Positions 59,273 through 64,000 of a DNA stretch of 64,000 nt are shown here, piece after piece. Under the pieces are notes generated by a model that saw only the letters and a program-made list of their open reading frames with translations, was not told the origin of the DNA and searched no databases. The stretch lies in sequence record PP601403.1. One strand, 5' to 3'. Made by a program: the position numbers and the translations under genes. Every line of letters begins with the position of its first letter. Within the stretch, counting starts at the first letter, position 1.

Positions 59273-59345
59273 TATTTATGTTTTTACTCTATTTGACATT
59301 TATCGTAGAGCTATTTCATTTAATATATCCATCAGGAGTTTTCTA

Positions 59346-59903
59346 ATGCATTTTAATCTGGAAGTTATTCGTCGTTATTCCCACGCTATTGAATTTGTGG
59401 AACAAGCCTTTACTGTTGAGAACACCTTTAAGGAAATGATCCCTACTTGGGAGAAACTTCTTTCTGAAGATGGAAGTTCTATTATTGTTCGTGAAACTTT
59501 AACCCGTTCTAAAGCTCAGTTGGTTCAACTGTATGCTCGTGATCTGATGAAATATGTAAACTCTATTATCGGGTTGACTCTGTTCCCTATTACTCAAGAA
59601 GATATCAAGGTAGGTAACTGGCGAGTAGATTCCATTATTCTACAGATTGCTAGTAATGAGATTAAAGATCATCGTCATTTGTTTGATTTGATGATGACTA
59701 ACTTGTATGGCGTTCCTACTGTAATGTTTGAGTTTAGTAAGGAAAAGAGTTCTACTATTCTTGCCAAGTACCTAGAGAACACTTTCCAAGGTATTAAACT
59801 TCAATATGATGAAACCAGAGAAGTTTCTTTGGTAGGCTTGGAAGATAAGTTGGTTAGTTATCTGAACTCTGAAGAAGTTGAAACTGTAATTACTTTGAAC
59901 TAA
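59346..59903 (+). CDS. Hypothetical protein, possibly virion-associated
   Basis: 185 aa; LVGLED near C-terminus. Confidence 0.6.
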   Translation: MHFNLEVIRRYSHAIEFVEQAFTVENTFKEMIPTWEKLLSEDGSSIIVRETLTRSKAQLVQLYARDLMKYVNSIIGLTLFPITQEDIKVGNWRVDSIILQIASNEIKDHRHLFDLMMTNLYGVPTVMFEFSKEKSSTILAKYLENTFQGIKLQYDETREVSLVGLEDKLVSYLNSEEVETVITLN

Positions 59904-59914
59904 ATGATTTTATT

Positions 59915-59944
59915 AACAGAAGAGGGGTCGGTCCTTCTTCTGTT
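59915..59944 (+). terminator. Intrinsic terminator
   Basis: aacagaagaggg/ccttcttctgtt followed by attttt. Confidence 0.65.
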
Positions 59945-59955
59945 ATTTTTATAGT

Positions 59956-59982
59956 TCTATAATTTTTCAAACCGATATAATT
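59956..59982 (+). promoter_or_regulatory. Putative early promoter
   Basis: tctataatttttcaaaccgatataatt. Confidence 0.7.
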
Positions 59983-60053
59983 ATGGTGAAGCGATTACGC
60001 TGGGAGACGAAACAGTCGTTCTCTCATTTCTTATTTGTTTAAGGGAGTCTTAG

Positions 60054-60959
60054 GTGAAACGAAGTTATCAAGATTTCTTTCTAGGTCATAGTCCTGATTT
60101 AATAGGACGTTTATATTGTAATAAAATGTCAGGTGATAATGAACCACGAATTACAATATTCAAAATGGATAAGTGGTTTACTCATCATTCCATTGAAGTA
60201 TCTGAAACTCTCTTAAAAGCTGTTAGAAAGCTTTCCAAGGGAAAGATGGGTGAACGTACTAGCATTCCTGTAAAGTCTCTTACAATCGTTCGTGGAGAGT
60301 CTGGGAGGATGTTTATCACTAGGGGTGAAACAATCTCTATTTGTTTGGTAGATTATGTTTCTGGTGAACTGGTAGAAGAGAACGAACTTAGGCTAAAGGA
60401 AAGTTATGACTTTCTAATTAAGACTTTGAGTTTAATTCTCAAATGGGGTAAAGAGAGTAAACCTGGAAGTAAACCAAAGATTAAATTCCCAGTTCATCCA
60501 TCTGCTGATAAAGTAAATAACAAAAGTTATTTTATTGATTATCCCAATAGCGAAACTCCTAGTGTATTTAGTTGGTACGAACTTCCTAATGCTGGTGGGT
60601 TTAATATCAACATAGAAAGTGGTCAATACACTGGATTTGTAACTAATAAGAATGGAGAAGTCCAAGGTCATTTACCAGATCTAATTGAAGGACTTGAACT
60701 GATACAAAAGAACAGTCAAGTTTATCAAATGGTTAAATTGAGTAAATCTAATCCTAGTCATTATGTAACATCTTCTCCCGGTGAACATAAAGGTAAAGAT
60801 GGTAAACGCATTCCAATAGTAGTAATCAACTTTGACAATACTAAGTCTTTAAACAAAGTGTTATTTGCAGGTTATCCTGAAACACTTAAAGATTTGATTA
60901 TTAAGTTAAAAGAAGCTAATAAAGGTTTAACCAAACACTTTAATAAGGAAATAGAATAA
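60054..60959 (+). CDS. Hypothetical protein
   Basis: 301-aa ORF, GTG start after AGGGAG. Confidence 0.7.
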   Translation: MKRSYQDFFLGHSPDLIGRLYCNKMSGDNEPRITIFKMDKWFTHHSIEVSETLLKAVRKLSKGKMGERTSIPVKSLTIVRGESGRMFITRGETISICLVDYVSGELVEENELRLKESYDFLIKTLSLILKWGKESKPGSKPKIKFPVHPSADKVNNKSYFIDYPNSETPSVFSWYELPNAGGFNINIESGQYTGFVTNKNGEVQGHLPDLIEGLELIQKNSQVYQMVKLSKSNPSHYVTSSPGEHKGKDGKRIPIVVINFDNTKSLNKVLFAGYPETLKDLIIKLKEANKGLTKHFNKEIE

Positions 60960-61675
60960 TGAACACCATAACAAAATCAAAGATATTTGAACCTGGAGTA
61001 ATGTTGGAAGCTGTTAAGGACGGATCAGTATCTGTACCTGAGTTTATTACCGTGAATAACAACGGAAGTTTTACAGTACCTGTTTCAGAAAAGGATCATT
61101 TTAAATTAGCATACCTTAAATGGTGTCAAATGTTCTATATTCAAACTAGTAAACGCAAGACATATATTGTTCTAGCCGATGTGGCTAAAAAGATTATTCT
61201 TGCTTTGTACAGAAATGACACGGAACTCTTGGAAAAAGCTGAATCAGTTAAACATGAAAATATGTTCTCTGCGCAAATGGTAGCACAACTCTGTTTTGTT
61301 TTGTTGACCATGCGGGTTGACTTAACTACAGATTTAGTTAAGTTCGGTGACTTCGATCTAATTGGTAGCGGTGATAAAGTTGAATACGTCATTGTGATGA
61401 AATTGCGGGGTTGTAACTTTATCACCTTTAAGTTTACAGCTGGTTGTATAGATGTTAGCACAGATTCAGTAAGTTCTAAACAACCTACACCGCACATGTT
61501 ACACATGTCTATTATTACCATACTTGATATGTGGAAAATGGTTGAAGAAGATTTAACCATTTTATCTATTACTAAGCTGGTAGACGACGATCTAGATCAA
61601 GTTGCGCACCAGTATTTGTTACGAGCGTTGCCTGTTAGTGTTAAGCGTATTGTAGAGACCGAATTCATCAGTTAA
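60959..61675 (+). CDS. Hypothetical protein
   Basis: 238-aa ORF, TAATG overlap. Confidence 0.7.
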   Translation: MNTITKSKIFEPGVMLEAVKDGSVSVPEFITVNNNGSFTVPVSEKDHFKLAYLKWCQMFYIQTSKRKTYIVLADVAKKIILALYRNDTELLEKAESVKHENMFSAQMVAQLCFVLLTMRVDLTTDLVKFGDFDLIGSGDKVEYVIVMKLRGCNFITFKFTAGCIDVSTDSVSSKQPTPHMLHMSIITILDMWKMVEEDLTILSITKLVDDDLDQVAHQYLLRALPVSVKRIVETEFIS

Positions 61676-61685
61676 AATTAGTAGT

Positions 61686-61712
61686 TCTATAATTTTTCAA
61701 ACCTATATTACT
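61686..61712 (+). promoter_or_regulatory. Putative early promoter
   Basis: tctataatttttcaaacctatattact. Confidence 0.75.
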
Positions 61713-61773
61713 AGAGTGTATAGATAAGAAAGTTATTTTAATCCCCCGTAAACAATCAAAGGAAATCAAAACA

Positions 61774-62208
61774 ATGTCTAAAGCAAACGCATTCGCTAAA
61801 TCCATGGATTCTTCTATCGCTGAACTGGTTAAGAATGCAACCATTCACAAAGATACTCATCACGTAGCTTTTGCTGCTCCTACTCTTCCTAAAGGTATCA
61901 CTGCTGAATCGTTGACTCTTCATAACGATTTCGTCAACCAAGTATCTGTGGCAGCTGAAGCAGCTCTGAGTGAAATCGCTATTGCCCAGTATCCTGATAC
62001 CAAGGTCACTGATTGGGATGCTGAACTGAGCCTGATTCCTGGGATCGATATCACCGCAACTGCAATGTTGAAAACTACAGTTGGTGAAGAGACTATGTAT
62101 GGAATCACTGATCTGTGCGTGGATCACATGTTCAATGAAGAACTCTCTACTTGGTATGACGAGTTCCAAGGTGTTAACCAGGAACGTGTTAAGAAACTGT
62201 TTGATTAA
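61774..62208 (+). CDS. Hypothetical acidic protein, monocistronic
   Basis: 144 aa; AAGGA RBS; own promoter and terminator. Confidence 0.75.
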   Translation: MSKANAFAKSMDSSIAELVKNATIHKDTHHVAFAAPTLPKGITAESLTLHNDFVNQVSVAAEAALSEIAIAQYPDTKVTDWDAELSLIPGIDITATAMLKTTVGEETMYGITDLCVDHMFNEELSTWYDEFQGVNQERVKKLFD

Positions 62209-62220
62209 TTGAACGTTATG

Positions 62221-62248
62221 GTTACTCTCGGCTTAGGTCGAGAGTAAC
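62221..62248 (+). terminator. Stem-loop terminator
   Basis: gttactctcggc-ttag-gtcgagagtaac. Confidence 0.7.
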
Positions 62249-62279
62249 TTCTCTACCTTACTTTTATTTTAGGATAAGT

Positions 62280-62642
62280 ATGAAACAAGATCCAGTACAG
62301 ATGTTTGCAAATTACAGACACTTGGTTAATAAGCTAGTCTATATCAAATTTAGTAATGACTACATGGCAGCTCGATTTAAAATCCTGAAAGAACTTCGAA
62401 GGTTTGCGTGTGACTTTGAAAAAGGTTCTATTGATATAGATTCTTATAAAGAGAGTTTCAAGATAAGAAAAATCTACATTCCAGATACGTACGAAATTTG
62501 TACAGCGGAGTTATGGACAATTGCGATTAATAAAAACTCTGTTAAGGATTTAGTGTTATTTCTTAAATCAGAAGGACTAAATATAGATGAGTACGAAAGT
62601 CTGTGCCAAAGTAGTAAAGAGAGTTTGGTTGGAGGGGAATGA
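62280..62642 (+). CDS. Hypothetical protein
   Basis: 120-aa ORF, AGGA RBS. Confidence 0.65.
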   Translation: MKQDPVQMFANYRHLVNKLVYIKFSNDYMAARFKILKELRRFACDFEKGSIDIDSYKESFKIRKIYIPDTYEICTAELWTIAINKNSVKDLVLFLKSEGLNIDEYESLCQSSKESLVGGE

Positions 62643-63186
62643 TCGTATTAGTGCAGCTGTGTTTCAACATCACCTAACTGAACAAAGTTGGTTACGTGCT
62701 AACAAGAATGAAGAATCGGAAGAGTTTGTTAACTTTCACGATAGTACTAAAGTAACTTTCTTCTTCGGTGGTGAACTAATTATAATTCACAGTAACGACT
62801 TTATTCCCGTTATAGATTCTTATGAAGACTTTATTAAGAAACTTAAAGTCATTCAAAACAGCGTAGAAGACGCTATAGAGAGACTTCAGTCAAAAGACAA
62901 GGAAACGTATTACTTTAACATCAAACGCTTTCTAAACGATTCTGAAGGTCCTTCCTCGATATATACTTCTACTATTGCCATTACGTCCTCTACTACACAT
63001 GGGAGAACATTTGAAATTGCATCATGCGACCATAAGAGTAGGATCTATTTAGGTGGTAAAGGTAATTCACTTCGCTTTCTAAATAGGTTTAACAATTTCA
63101 TCATTTTCTGTGTAGGGGAAGTTGAAAAGACTCTCGCTAAACATGGAGATACATTAAGGGACTACAAAGATAAAATAAAATTTTAA
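62587..63186 (+). CDS. Hypothetical protein (start uncertain)
   Basis: 199-aa ORF overlapping the upstream gene. Confidence 0.6.
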   Translation: MSTKVCAKVVKRVWLEGNDRISAAVFQHHLTEQSWLRANKNEESEEFVNFHDSTKVTFFFGGELIIIHSNDFIPVIDSYEDFIKKLKVIQNSVEDAIERLQSKDKETYYFNIKRFLNDSEGPSSIYTSTIAITSSTTHGRTFEIASCDHKSRIYLGGKGNSLRFLNRFNNFIIFCVGEVEKTLAKHGDTLRDYKDKIKF

Positions 63187-63262
63187 GATGCAAACTTTTT
63201 CAAACCAATATCATTTTAGTGTATTGAGTAGGAATTGTTTAACTTCAAAAGGAACATTTGTT

Positions 63263-63787
63263 ATGAAAAAGTATTTTATTGCTGCTATGATCTCTATGGT
63301 AAGTTTCTTCAGTGTGGCTACCGAGGTTAAAGTAATTGGTTGGAAAGAGAAACAGGACGATAAGCTAGTCACTTATCAAATCAGTAACACTGGTAATAAA
63401 GACGGTGTTCTCACCATCGGCTGTGAAAAGAAAGGTGAACCGTTTACCGTTAAATATGTAATTAATGGTAAAGAGGTAGAAATGTTTATTATCGAGACTC
63501 TGAGTACTCGTGGTAAAGATACCTTTCCGTATGTCAGTATCTATGGTCTGAATTCCATGACTTCTGATATGGTACTGGAGCAAATCGAGAACACCGATCA
63601 AGGTTTTGTGATCAGTCGTTTTGAAAATGGTGATCGTGCTCGTTATCGTGAGTCACGGGAAACTGGTGACAAAAGCATGACACCTATTCCTGTCGGTAAC
63701 GAACTGTTTACTGGTTATGAATTCGTTGGTGAATTTGTAGCTGATTTGAAACAGGTATGTGGTAAAGCTGAAGATCGTAAATTTTAA
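63263..63787 (+). CDS. Secreted/periplasmic protein with signal peptide
   Basis: MKKYFIAAMISMVSFFSVA signal peptide; ATG at 63263 after AAGGA; two Cys. Confidence 0.7.
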   Translation: MKKYFIAAMISMVSFFSVATEVKVIGWKEKQDDKLVTYQISNTGNKDGVLTIGCEKKGEPFTVKYVINGKEVEMFIIETLSTRGKDTFPYVSIYGLNSMTSDMVLEQIENTDQGFVISRFENGDRARYRESRETGDKSMTPIPVGNELFTGYEFVGEFVADLKQVCGKAEDRKF

Positions 63788-63789
63788 GA

Positions 63790-63816
63790 TCCAAGATATT
63801 TCAGTTCTATATTACC
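63790..63816 (+). promoter_or_regulatory. Putative early promoter
   Basis: tccaagatatttcagttctatattacc. Confidence 0.65.
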
Positions 63817-63850
63817 TGACTGTATTAACCTTGCGGTAGTTTGTACCATG

Positions 63851-63879
63851 CTCCTATTCTCCTTGTAGGAGAATAGGAG
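63851..63879. terminator. CTA(C/T)TCTCC-family hairpin lying between a promoter and the next gene
   Basis: ctcctattctcc-ttgta-ggagaataggag. Confidence 0.55.
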
Positions 63880-63911
63880 TAAAGACTTTCATGTGATAAA
63901 AGGAAATTATT

Positions 63912-64000
63912 ATGAAAATCCAATCTATGTTGTTTGCTCTGTTTATGGCTGTAGTTGGTTCTGATGTAGTGGCAATGTCTGCTGATCCTGAACCGATTAA
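63912..64000 (+). CDS. 5' end of a probable secreted protein (runs off the window)
   Basis: MKIQSMLFALFMAVVGSDVVAMSADPEPI; AAGGA RBS. Confidence 0.55.
   Translation, partial: MKIQSMLFALFMAVVGSDVVAMSADPEPI

Noticed and set aside
60001-60026. Hairpin containing GAAAC as a hammerhead ribozyme
   Set aside because: No CUGANGA core or three-way junction; it is a simple 5' UTR stem-loop
1-64000. CRISPR array, tRNA or rRNA genes
   Set aside because: No regularly spaced direct repeats or cloverleaf with T-loop/anticodon arm seen by eye; tRNAscan-SE and CRISPR finders would confirm

Overview
AT-rich segment of a phiKZ-like (Chimalliviridae-type) jumbo phage genome. Roughly 3.9-22.6 kb and 60-64 kb are accessory/early regions on the + strand, punctuated by a conserved 27-nt early-promoter motif. 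They carry small hypothetical, membrane and secreted proteins, a WYL-domain protein, a nucleotide-metabolism cluster (metallophosphoesterase, ThyA, HAD hydrolase, GNAT, DHFR, thymidine kinase) and a ClpP-like protease next to a GroEL-like chaperonin. The 22.6-59.9 kb region is the conserved core: virion/head proteins, an RNase H-like protein, an SF2 helicase, a UvsX/RecA-like recombinase, three split RNA polymerase subunits, a 2.3-kaa tail protein with a GH19 domain, a lytic transglycosylase and the prohead protease. The strongest hidden feature is an ORF-less 258-nt group I intron (49293-49550) inside the catalytic DFDG/D motif of the beta-prime subunit. Splicing joins an unannotated 55-codon exon whose stop overlaps the beta start codon. 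Other notable items: a pair of intergenic elements with DNA-type GNA-triloop/tandem-GA hairpins, a 50%-GC holin-like fragment inside a promoter-terminator cassette, a sequence-conserved hairpin family, and a three-member paralog family. No tRNA, rRNA or CRISPR array was seen. All homology calls come from motif recognition by eye, not database searches.
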